A stretch of 64,000 nucleotides of DNA from an uncultured Desulfosarcina sp. (lineage in GTDB: Bacteria > Desulfobacterota > Desulfobacteria > Desulfobacterales > Desulfosarcinaceae): contig CAXXWQ010000003.1 in assembly GCA_963674945.2 (NCBI GenBank), positions 736,001 to 800,000 of the forward strand. The letters are read 5' to 3'. Both the position numbers and the translations under genes were made by a program. Positions within the stretch are counted from its first letter, which is position 1. Each line of letters opens with the position of its first letter. The notes beneath the pieces are model-generated. The model saw only the letters and a list, made by a program, of their open reading frames with translations, did no database searches and had not been told where the DNA came from. This document shows positions 41,104 to 49,832 of the stretch, piece by piece.

Positions 41104-42282
41104 ATGCCAACGGTAACCACAGGATTAGAAGTCTTATTGCATGATCCTCCGAAATCGGTTCGCGGCAAGCGTTTGGGGCTTTTGTGCAATCCGGCTTCCG
41201 TGGATCGCCATCTGGTTCATGGACGCCACCTCATCCATCAAAAATTGCCCGGGCAGCTCAAGGCATTATACTCCCCACAGCACGGATTTTTCGCTGAAAA
41301 GCAGGACAACATGATCGAATCCACAGACCGGTGTGATCCGTCAACCGGACTGCCGGTATTTTCCCTTTACGGAAGCACCCGGATCCCCACCCGCGACATG
41401 ATGGACCCCATCGACATCATGCTGGTGGACCTGCAGGATGTCGGCACACGGGTATACACGTTCATCTACACTCTCTCCCATTGTATGGAGGCTGCCCGAA
41501 AATACGGGAAACAGATCATGGTGTTGGATCGTCCCAATCCCATCGGTGGGATCCAGGTGGAGGGCAATCTGTTGGCCGCCGATTGCGCTTCCTTTGTCGG
41601 GCGTTATCCCATCCCCATGCGTCACGGCCTTACCATCGGAGAGATCGCCATCTTGTTCAACACCTGCTTCTCCATAGGCTGTGAGTTGAAGGTCGTCACC
41701 ATGGAGGGATGGCGCCGAAATATGCTTTTTGCAGACACCGGGCTCACCTGGGTGGCGCCGTCTCCGAATCTGCCGACGCCGACATCGGCCCTGGTGTACC
41801 CGGGACAGGTGATCTGGGAAGGTACGAACGTCTCCGAGGGACGGGGCACGACCCAACCCTTCGAACTGTTCGGGGCGCCTTATCTTGATCCACAACGGTT
41901 GTTGTCCAAAATGGATGAACAGGTGATGAAAGGTGTTGCACTCCGGCCGCTGGAATTCGAACCCACGGCCAACAAATGGGCAGGACAATCATGCAGGGGG
42001 TTCCAGATCCACGTTTTGGACCCCGGGGTCTACGCCCCGTACTCCCTTTCGTTGAATCTTTACCAGGCGATCTATCATACCTATCCGGACCGGTTCAGCT
42101 ATAAGCAACCACCCTATGAGTATGAATTCGAACGCCTTCCCATGGATCTGATACTGGGTGACCGGAACCTGCGGTCCCTGATCGAGGCGGACACCCCGAT
42201 TCCCGAAATCGTTACGACCTGGCAAGAAGATACGACCGAATATAGGAAGAACATCGATCCGGTGCTTCTTTATCACGATTGA
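41104..42282 (+). CDS. namZ: DUF1343 exo-beta-N-acetylmuramidase (NamZ family)
   Basis: SPQHG, DLQDVGTRVYT, LDRPNP, RHGLTIGE, PSPNLP, SEGRGTT. Confidence 0.85.
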   Translation: MPTVTTGLEVLLHDPPKSVRGKRLGLLCNPASVDRHLVHGRHLIHQKLPGQLKALYSPQHGFFAEKQDNMIESTDRCDPSTGLPVFSLYGSTRIPTRDMMDPIDIMLVDLQDVGTRVYTFIYTLSHCMEAARKYGKQIMVLDRPNPIGGIQVEGNLLAADCASFVGRYPIPMRHGLTIGEIAILFNTCFSIGCELKVVTMEGWRRNMLFADTGLTWVAPSPNLPTPTSALVYPGQVIWEGTNVSEGRGTTQPFELFGAPYLDPQRLLSKMDEQVMKGVALRPLEFEPTANKWAGQSCRGFQIHVLDPGVYAPYSLSLNLYQAIYHTYPDRFSYKQPPYEYEFERLPMDLILGDRNLRSLIEADTPIPEIVTTWQEDTTEYRKNIDPVLLYHD

Positions 42283-42287
42283 TGCGG

Positions 42288-42602
42288 CTATTTAACGATG
42301 CGTAGGACGTGTGTCTCTTGCAGTTTCTGCCACATGGCACGAATAATCACCATTGCCGGGTCGGCCGGTTCTCCGGACTGTGCACAAGTCGTGAGGCAGT
42401 CGGAAAGCAGCATATCGTTGCCGCTGTACAATCGAAAATCCTGGGCGATTTGACGTCCCACCATATGATTGACCAGATCCAACTCTTCCGGTGTCATCCC
42501 CGAAAGTCGGGTTCGATCCAGTAGGGGAAGATCGGACAGAAGCATGTCCACCGCATCTTCGATGGTAGTTGGCAGTTCGATGATAAGGGGTTTAGGAAAC
42601 AT
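42288..42602 (-). CDS. small hypothetical protein (DUF6794-like)
   Basis: PTTIEDAVDMLL..FRLYSGN..LLSDC..IIRAMWQKL..LRIVK pattern. Confidence 0.6.
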   Translation of the reverse strand: MFPKPLIIELPTTIEDAVDMLLSDLPLLDRTRLSGMTPEELDLVNHMVGRQIAQDFRLYSGNDMLLSDCLTTCAQSGEPADPAMVIIRAMWQKLQETHVLRIVK

Positions 42603-42843
42603 GAGAACCTACTTTCAAGAGCACGAAAACGAAGATTGAAGAATAACAGCAACTTTTCAGCTATTTCCCCACAACGGCATTGATTGGGCCGATGTAACAA
42701 GACGACGTCGCCGAAAAACCGCATGCCACCTGCCTTACATGTCGGTTGTTCGGACCGAAACTTTAGCCTTTTATAGAAATCTGGATTCGTTGTCAAATCA
42801 ATGGATGGATGACGAAAGAACACCAAATGGAGTGACGACAGAC

Positions 42844-42874
42844 AAAAAACCCCGACCGGCGAACCGATCGGGGT
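42844..42874 (-). terminator. rho-independent terminator
   Basis: minus strand CCCCGATCGG-TTCG-CCGGTCGGGG-TTTTTT (UUCG loop, one G-U pair). Confidence 0.88.
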
Positions 42875-42910
42875 AAAATTTTCGACGGGAATGAAATATT
42901 CGGTATGGGG

Positions 42911-43192
42911 TTACTTATCGGATTTCAATGTTTCAATCTCTTTTTTCAGGTCATCGATTTCCTGTTTGTACTTTTCAGCATCGTCATCGGCGGTAGGGGC
43001 ATCGATGCCATTGTCATCTTTTTTCCAGGTATCCTTGAGTTCGTCGAAACCCAAGTAGAGGGCAAGCCCACCACCGAGCAACAGCATGATGGGAATCGCT
43101 CCGGCCAGAAGCTGAAGAAATTCCCCGAACCATACGGATAGGCCAATCAGGCCAAGGACCGCTGCCACTGCGCCACCAATTAACGTTTTCAT
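42911..43192 (-). CDS. small two-TM membrane protein with an acidic coiled-coil tail; MamI-like
   Basis: SD AAGGAGG; LGLIGLSVW..LAGAIP..GLALYLG; own terminator. Confidence 0.75.
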   Translation of the reverse strand: MKTLIGGAVAAVLGLIGLSVWFGEFLQLLAGAIPIMLLLGGGLALYLGFDELKDTWKKDDNGIDAPTADDDAEKYKQEIDDLKKEIETLKSDK

Positions 43193-43447
43193 AGAGAATC
43201 ATCCTCCTTCTTTAACTTTATTAACATGATTAAGATGGTTTCATCGTTCGATCCATATGTGTTCCACAAAGGTGGCGTGACGTCTGACCTTGCCGCCCTC
43301 CGGATTTTTTCAACAAAGCCACTGGATATCGAATAAAATATTGGAATTTCAGCTAGATAGCAATGAGTTTCGGTGTGCTATCAAGTCTTACAGGCAATAA
43401 CATAGAAGCTGGTGTAGCGCAAGCATATTTTTCTCCACTGAATATGG

Positions 43448-43466
43448 CTTTTTACGAGTTCATCAA
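43448..43466. repeat. solo terminal remnant of a subfamily C-type element
   Basis: ctttttacgagttcatcaa resembles the right TIR ctttttacgaagccgtc. Confidence 0.45.
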
Positions 43467-43549
43467 TATTGCGTTGCAAAGGAAGATAGCTTTTGTTAAA
43501 TTTTTGGTTTGTCCCCAAAGCCTACTAAATTATGAGATAACATATTATT

Positions 43550-46189
43550 ATGCCAAATAAAATAAAACCTCGGCGGATTTCGACTTGGGATCGAATCCGC
43601 AACTGGGTCAAAGGGTTATTGGATACGTCAAAGGACCACTATCTATGCTTTCTCCCCTCTCCCACCGGCCTCTTTTCGGCATTTTTCCTGGAACGGTTCT
43701 ACTCCGGTATCCATATGGGCGAAGACCAGGCGGAAATCGTAAAAAACATTCCGGAAAACGCGATCATCGTCTACACCACCAAATATAAAGGAAGGTTCGA
43801 ATTTCTCTTTTTCCACACCCGTTACAGACAGATGCGGTTGCCGGTTCCTCAGTTGGCCTTCGATTTCAAGTTGTATGGCTGGCAACCCTTGACGCGATTG
43901 ATTCGGGTTGTCATCGCCAACGTGGATGCGCTGGTGAAACGTCACAGGACGCAAAATCCCTATGAGAATGATTATTACAAACGTGAACTTCTCCATACCG
44001 GCTGCGCCGCACTGGGCCTGATTGAAAAAAAGGGATTTTACCTTCGGTTTGTCAAGGCACGTACAGATCCTTTGGCCTACCTGATCGAGATGCAGCAGCG
44101 AATTGATCGCCCCATCTACCTGGTTCCCCAGCTGATGTTTTTCGGCAAGAAACCACAGCCGTCCATCCCCAGTCTGGTGGATATGATTTTCGGCACACCC
44201 CAACAGCCGGGAAGCCTGAGAAAAATTGTGACGCTCTTTCGTCATCCGGAAAAAATATTCGTGGAACTTTCCGAACCACTCCATCTCGGACGTTGGTTGC
44301 GGCAGCCGACGATTGCAGAAAAAACACTGGATCGCCAGGCACTGGCATTGCGACGGCAATTGCTCTCCCAACTGAACCGACATCGTCAAAGCATAACGGG
44401 GCCGATCTTAAAGTCTAACGAAGAGTTGAAAGAGTCAATTCTCACCAGCGATCGATTACGGACATTCATCAAAAAACATGCAGACTCCCGAGGCGAACCC
44501 ATCGTCAAGATCAGAAAAGAGGCGGACGGTTATATCGATGAAATCGCGGCGCGTTACAGTCCGTCCACAATCCGTATCATGTCTTACGTGGTGGGCTGGA
44601 TCGTCAACTCCATGTTCGACGGTGTCGTGATGGAAAAACAAGGACTGGCAAAGATCAAGGCCATGTCCATGAACGGTCCACTGATTCTCGTTCCCTGCCA
44701 CAAAAGCCACATCGATTATCTCATCCTCTCTTACGTGCTCTATCATAACAATATGCCCTGCCCCCTTGTGGCTGCGGGCAAGAATCTCTCATTTTGGCCC
44801 CTGGGGCTCATATTTCGCAGTGGCGGCGCCTTTTTCCTGAGGCGCACGTTCAGGGGAGCGGTTTTGTACTCTCGTGTTTTTGCCGCCTATATCCACAAGC
44901 TTTTGGAAGAGGGATTCAATATTGAAATGTTTATCGAAGGGGGGAGAAGCCGCACGGGCAAACTGCTCATGCCCAAACTGGGACTCTTGTCGATCCTGCT
45001 GGATTCCTATCGAAACGGCGCTTGCGCAAACATGTCTTTCGTGCCGGTCTACATCGGCTACGATCGGATCGTGGAAGAGCAGGCCTATGTCAATGAGGTC
45101 GAGGGCGGAAGCAAAGAAGACGAAAACCTCAGTCAAATGATCCGTGCCCATCGCTTTCTGAAAAAACGATACGGCAAGATCTATATCAACTTCGCCGATC
45201 CCATCACCATTTCCGATCTGCTCGCCGACACATCGCAGTCATTGGATCAAATGCCCCAAAAAGAAGTGAATGCCTTGTGTCGAAACCTCGGCTGGCGAAT
45301 TATCAACGCCATCGATAAACAGACCGTGGTCACACCCCATGGTCTCGTGGCAGCCGCCATCTTGAACTTTCCCAGGCCTCGATTCACCAAAGGGGAACTG
45401 ATCGCCGTGGTCAACACCTACCTCTCCTTCGCCGCGGCCCAGAACGCCAACCTGGCCGACACGATCATTGTCAATGCAGACGGTGCCATCGATGCCGTAC
45501 TGGAGCGTTATCTTTCACGAAAATGGATTGAGAAAGCACCGGGAGACAAGGATCTTTCGGAGGATCAAACTGCATACACGGCCAACACATCCAAACGGTC
45601 GCTGCTGGAATTTTATAAGAACAATTGCATCTCCTATTTCATTCCGGCGGCATTTACCTCCCTTGCCATCTTGAAGACCGACGCCTTTCAATTCAATGCG
45701 CCCGATCTTCAAACCACATATCAAACGCTGATGGATTTCTTTAAATACGAGTTCGCCTTTGATCTGGACCGATCATCACTGTACTACCAGCGTAAGACGA
45801 TAAAATCGTTTATCGACGATGCCATTCTCATGCCCCATCCCACAATACCGGACTGCTATCAGATCACCTCATCGGGTTACCGGAAGCTGAAACTGTTCGC
45901 CGCCTTCGTAAAGCCCTATTTCCAATCCTACAAGGTTGGACTCCACTTTCTTAGGGCCAATCGTAAGGAAAAAATGGAAACAAAGGACAAATTGAAAAAA
46001 ATCCAGAGCATGGGCCTTCAAATGCTGAAAGCCAAGGAGATCGATCTGATCGAATCCATATCAAAAATCAATTTTGCCAATGCATTGACCTATTTTGGCA
46101 CCAATGGGATCAAGAATCACGAGAACGAAGAAGCGATCCTTCGATATGAATCCTTTATCCACTCCTACCTGGACCTTTTGGGCACATGA
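43550..46189 (+). CDS. plsB: PlsB-like acyltransferase (paralogue 2)
   Basis: HKSHID, GAFFLRR, IEGGRSRTGK; collinear along its whole length with 5206-7818. Confidence 0.8.
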   Translation: MPNKIKPRRISTWDRIRNWVKGLLDTSKDHYLCFLPSPTGLFSAFFLERFYSGIHMGEDQAEIVKNIPENAIIVYTTKYKGRFEFLFFHTRYRQMRLPVPQLAFDFKLYGWQPLTRLIRVVIANVDALVKRHRTQNPYENDYYKRELLHTGCAALGLIEKKGFYLRFVKARTDPLAYLIEMQQRIDRPIYLVPQLMFFGKKPQPSIPSLVDMIFGTPQQPGSLRKIVTLFRHPEKIFVELSEPLHLGRWLRQPTIAEKTLDRQALALRRQLLSQLNRHRQSITGPILKSNEELKESILTSDRLRTFIKKHADSRGEPIVKIRKEADGYIDEIAARYSPSTIRIMSYVVGWIVNSMFDGVVMEKQGLAKIKAMSMNGPLILVPCHKSHIDYLILSYVLYHNNMPCPLVAAGKNLSFWPLGLIFRSGGAFFLRRTFRGAVLYSRVFAAYIHKLLEEGFNIEMFIEGGRSRTGKLLMPKLGLLSILLDSYRNGACANMSFVPVYIGYDRIVEEQAYVNEVEGGSKEDENLSQMIRAHRFLKKRYGKIYINFADPITISDLLADTSQSLDQMPQKEVNALCRNLGWRIINAIDKQTVVTPHGLVAAAILNFPRPRFTKGELIAVVNTYLSFAAAQNANLADTIIVNADGAIDAVLERYLSRKWIEKAPGDKDLSEDQTAYTANTSKRSLLEFYKNNCISYFIPAAFTSLAILKTDAFQFNAPDLQTTYQTLMDFFKYEFAFDLDRSSLYYQRKTIKSFIDDAILMPHPTIPDCYQITSSGYRKLKLFAAFVKPYFQSYKVGLHFLRANRKEKMETKDKLKKIQSMGLQMLKAKEIDLIESISKINFANALTYFGTNGIKNHENEEAILRYESFIHSYLDLLGT

Positions 46190-47874
46190 AAGCGCTGATT
46201 CTGGCCGCCGGTTTCGGAACCCGGCTGGCCCCTCATACACAGACGCTTCCCAAGGTCCTCTTTCCCATCGCCGGCGAGCCGGTATTGGGTAAAATGATCG
46301 CGTTGCTGAAACGATCCGAATGCCGGTTCATCGCCGTCAATACCCATCATCTTGCCGATCAGGTTCAATCGTATCTGGCCCGACACGATTTCGGCCTTCC
46401 CATCCATGTGAGTCACGAACCCGAAATTTTAGGAACCGGGGGAGCCATCCGCAGCCTCTCCCATTTCTGGGAGGATGCGCCCTTTATCGTCGTCAACGCC
46501 GATATCGTCACAGACATCGATCTGAAGGCGGTCTATCAGTGCCACCTTGGATCCGATGCGCCGGTGACCCTGGTCATGCATGACCGTCCCCCCTTCAATC
46601 AGGTCTGGGTGGACGAAAACGATCGGATCACCGGTTTCAAACGACTGGGCAACGTCGAGTCCGGGGGCTGTCGGGAATTGGCCTTTACAGGAATCCACGT
46701 GATTGACCCGAAGATACTTCCCTGGATTCCCCGAGAGGGATTCAGTGATATCATCCACGTGTACCAACGGATGATCGACAGCGGCGTGCCGATTCACGCC
46801 CACCGGGTCTGCCATCACTACTGGCAAGACATGGGAAGGCCGGATCGATTTCGCACAGCGGTAATGGATGCCATGGTTCCGGATCTATTTCATTCGATCT
46901 TTCCGGAAAATCCGGTCGCGTCGTTCCAATGCGCACCATTGGCCGGTGACGGCTCCGATCGGAACTGGTTTCGCCTTCAACGTGGAAAGAACAGCATCAT
47001 CGTGGCGGACCATGGCATCACCCCGACCCTCGCAGGCAGTGAGATGAATGCCTTCGTTACAATCGGTACGCATTTATACGACCGGGGGATTCCCGTTCCC
47101 AGGATTTACGCCCATGATCCTTTCAGCGGACTCGTATACATGGAGGATCTTGGATCGTGCCACCTGCAGCAGGTGGTGCACCAAGCCATGCAGATTCGCG
47201 ACATCGAACCACTGTACAGACGGGTCATCGACACATGGATCGATCTTACGAAAAATGCAGCCAAGGGCTTCGACCCCAATTGGACCTGTCAGAGCCGTTC
47301 CTATGACGAAAATTTGATCGTGGAAAAGGAGTGCCGCTATTTCATAGACGCCTTCGTAAACGGCTTCCTTGGGATGAAGGTCGATGATGGGCAGATGTCG
47401 GCCGAGTTCACCGACCTTGCCCGCGCTACCCTGGATTCGGGGACAATGGGGCTGATTCACCGGGACTTTCAATCCCGAAACATCATGGTGCGGGAAGGTC
47501 GCCCCTGTCTCATCGATTTTCAGGGAGCACGGTGGGGACCGGTTCAGTACGATCTTGCCTCCCTGCTCATCGATCCATACGCAAACTTGCCTGAAGCGGT
47601 TCGACGTCGCCTCCTGGATTACGCCGTCCGGCAGGCGACCGCACTTTGGGGGGCAACTTCGGATCGATTCATTCGAGGATTTCATTACTGCTGTGTCACC
47701 CGGAACCTCCAAATGCTCGGTGCCTTCGGATTTCTCAGTCAGGTCAAAAAAAAGGCCCATTTCGAAAAATGGATTCCCCTTGCGGCAAACATGCTGTACG
47801 ACCACATTGTGAAGATTGACGAACACCGCTTTCCCAGGCTTGCCGCCATTGCCAAAGCCATCGCGGTACGATAA
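46186..47874 (+). CDS. fused MurU-like nucleotidyltransferase and AmgK-like anomeric sugar kinase (peptidoglycan recycling)
   Basis: ILAAGFGTRL..PKVL, E..ILGTGGAI, WQDMG; then AGDGSDR, EDLG, HRDFQSRN, IDFQ, YDLASLL. Confidence 0.85.
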   Translation: MKALILAAGFGTRLAPHTQTLPKVLFPIAGEPVLGKMIALLKRSECRFIAVNTHHLADQVQSYLARHDFGLPIHVSHEPEILGTGGAIRSLSHFWEDAPFIVVNADIVTDIDLKAVYQCHLGSDAPVTLVMHDRPPFNQVWVDENDRITGFKRLGNVESGGCRELAFTGIHVIDPKILPWIPREGFSDIIHVYQRMIDSGVPIHAHRVCHHYWQDMGRPDRFRTAVMDAMVPDLFHSIFPENPVASFQCAPLAGDGSDRNWFRLQRGKNSIIVADHGITPTLAGSEMNAFVTIGTHLYDRGIPVPRIYAHDPFSGLVYMEDLGSCHLQQVVHQAMQIRDIEPLYRRVIDTWIDLTKNAAKGFDPNWTCQSRSYDENLIVEKECRYFIDAFVNGFLGMKVDDGQMSAEFTDLARATLDSGTMGLIHRDFQSRNIMVREGRPCLIDFQGARWGPVQYDLASLLIDPYANLPEAVRRRLLDYAVRQATALWGATSDRFIRGFHYCCVTRNLQMLGAFGFLSQVKKKAHFEKWIPLAANMLYDHIVKIDEHRFPRLAAIAKAIAVR

Positions 47875-47983
47875 TAAAAACAACGAGGATTCGAAACCGA
47901 AAGGCTCGCTGCAAACCACAGCGGTCTGCGACTACTTTTGGGGCGTAACGGATAAGGATGAGCCCGGAAAAAGTCGGATTTCA

Positions 47984-48107
47984 GACGGCTTCGTAAAAAG
48001 TTCGAGATCAAGGCTTGCGAGTCACGAGGAATGAGGCGTATTAATAATACGTCGCAATGACGAAGGATGAAGCGTAACGCCGATATCGGGCTTTTTACGA
48101 AGCCGTC
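47984..48107. repeat. palindromic intergenic element (ERIC-like), subfamily C, 124 bp
   Basis: perfect 17-bp TIR gacggcttcgtaaaaag / ctttttacgaagccgtc; central hairpin cgtatta-a-taatacg; degenerate extra left end at about 47958-47975. Confidence 0.9.
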
Positions 48108-48126
48108 AGACGAGGAGGTATTTCAT

Positions 48127-48960
48127 TTGGAACCTATACCCATCATGATCAACGGCCTGCCGGGAAACGTGGCATCGGTTATCGCCCGCCACGCCCTCGC
48201 GGACGCGCGGATAACCCTTTTGCCATACTCACTGACCGGTCCGGAGATCGTTGCAGACCAATGCCGCATATCCGATAGGGCCATTGCGCTGATTAAACCG
48301 GATGACCGTGAAGATGCCATCCAAAAAATCATCAGCCGGCACGGTCCGTTCATCAGCGTCGACTATACCCATCCATCGGCCATCAATGCCAACGCCGAAT
48401 TTTACTGTGCCCATCAATTGCCGTTTGTGATGGGGACAACGGGCGGTGATAGAGAGAAATTAGCCCAAACCGTAAAAAATTCTTCCATCTGTGCGGTCAT
48501 CGCACCGAATATGGCAAAACAGATCGTCGGATTGCAGGCCATGATGGCATACGCAGCGGAAAACTTCCCGGGGCTTTTTGCCGGGTACACGATGACGGTT
48601 CGAGAGAGCCATCAGGCGGGAAAGGCCGACACGAGCGGCACGGCGAAAGCAATGGTCGGATACTTCAACCAAATGGGCGTTTCCTTTTCACCGGAAGAGA
48701 TCGCCATGGAGCGGGACCCGGTGGTGCAACGGGAAAAATGGGGAATACCCGAAGCGTATTTGGGGGGACATGGCTGGCATACCTACCGGCTGACATCGCC
48801 GGACGGCACCGTCTCCTTTGAATTTCAGCACAATGTGAATGGCCGGGAAATTTACGCCGAAGGCACAATGGATGCAATCGTATACCTGAATCGACGGTGT
48901 AAAACGGACATTGGGGGGCGGATCTTGACGATGATCGATGTGCTGCGGAACGCAAAATAA
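48127..48960 (+). CDS. dapB: 4-hydroxy-tetrahydrodipicolinate reductase, plant-like type
   Basis: INGLPGNV, VDYTHP, FVMGTTGG, APNMAK, ESHQAGKADTSGTA, GHGWHTY; TTG start after GAGGAGG. Confidence 0.9.
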   Translation: MEPIPIMINGLPGNVASVIARHALADARITLLPYSLTGPEIVADQCRISDRAIALIKPDDREDAIQKIISRHGPFISVDYTHPSAINANAEFYCAHQLPFVMGTTGGDREKLAQTVKNSSICAVIAPNMAKQIVGLQAMMAYAAENFPGLFAGYTMTVRESHQAGKADTSGTAKAMVGYFNQMGVSFSPEEIAMERDPVVQREKWGIPEAYLGGHGWHTYRLTSPDGTVSFEFQHNVNGREIYAEGTMDAIVYLNRRCKTDIGGRILTMIDVLRNAK

Positions 48961-49111
48961 ATCTGTGCGTACTGTTTTTTTTGGATTTTTGTTAAGTTCA
49001 AGGGAAAGTGGACGATGATAGTGCTGTACACGCGAAAGCACAGAGAGGGAAAAGGGACGCGCCAATCGCATCGTTCCCTCCATATGCAACTATCTATCTC
49101 ACGAGGAACGA

Positions 49112-49567
49112 ATGGACATTAAATACATCAATCCGTTTGTCGATGCGGTAAAAAAGGTATTCAATACGATGATCGAGGTCCCCTTCAAATTGGGCAAACC
49201 CAGCTTGAAGAAAGGCAATCTTCCCGAGTATGAAATCAGCGGATTCATCGGCCTGACCGGCACGGTGAGTGGATGTGCGGTAATCAACATGAACAAGGAG
49301 GTTGCTCTCTTGCTGGTATCCAAGCTCATCGGAGATGAGGTAACCGAGCTTGACGATGACTGCACCGATGCCATCGGGGAGATTGCCAACATGATTGCCG
49401 GTAACGCCAAGACCGATTTCCCCTCGGAGGGGACCTCCATCAGTGTGCCAAGCGTGGTGATCGGCAAACACAAGGTATCCTATCCGACCGGCCTGCCCAT
49501 TATCTCCATTCCTTGTATCACGGACGCGGGAGAACTCGTCATCGAAGTGGCATTGAAGAAGGAATAA
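49112..49567 (+). CDS. cheX: chemotaxis phosphatase CheX
   Basis: YINPFV, ISGFIGLTG, DAIGEIANMIAG, ISVPSVVIG. Confidence 0.9.
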   Translation: MDIKYINPFVDAVKKVFNTMIEVPFKLGKPSLKKGNLPEYEISGFIGLTGTVSGCAVINMNKEVALLLVSKLIGDEVTELDDDCTDAIGEIANMIAGNAKTDFPSEGTSISVPSVVIGKHKVSYPTGLPIISIPCITDAGELVIEVALKKE

Positions 49568-49674
49568 TCCGCCGCCGATCGAATCTCCTTTGTTTTTAAC
49601 AATACTCCGAAGAATCCGATTACAACCGCCCGGCAAGGACACTACCGGAACGGATATTGTTATGCATCGCTGGA

Positions 49675-49831
49675 CAGTGTTTATCCAGAAATAGGAAAAT
49701 TTGGTCGAGATCGAGACGCACGAAAAATTTTACCGGAGGTATAGAGTTGATATTCCGAGGATAAAATTTTTCGCGCAACAAAGATATCGGCCAAAGCTAA
49801 AATTGGCTTGGCCATTTCTGGTTGGACAATC
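49675..49831. repeat. palindromic intergenic repeat, subfamily A copy 2
   Basis: shares tatccagaaatag..aaatttggtcgagatc..cgaaaaattttacc..gttgatattccgaggataaaatttttcg..gatatcgg..ttggccatttctgg with 21519-21690. Confidence 0.9.
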
Positions 49832-49832
49832 G

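Noticed and set aside
43408..43422. GCTGGTGTAGCGCAA, resembling a tRNA 5' end
   Set aside because: No D-loop GG, anticodon arm, TTC loop or acceptor complement follows.
43363..43560. 65-aa ORF upstream of plsB-2
   Set aside because: No SD; contains the repeat-end remnant (AFYEFIN) and promoter-like AT-rich DNA.
49015..49085. possible c-di-GMP-I riboswitch before cheX (GAAA..GGGACGC)
   Set aside because: Lacks the GGCAAAC/GCAAAG context and P2 pairing.
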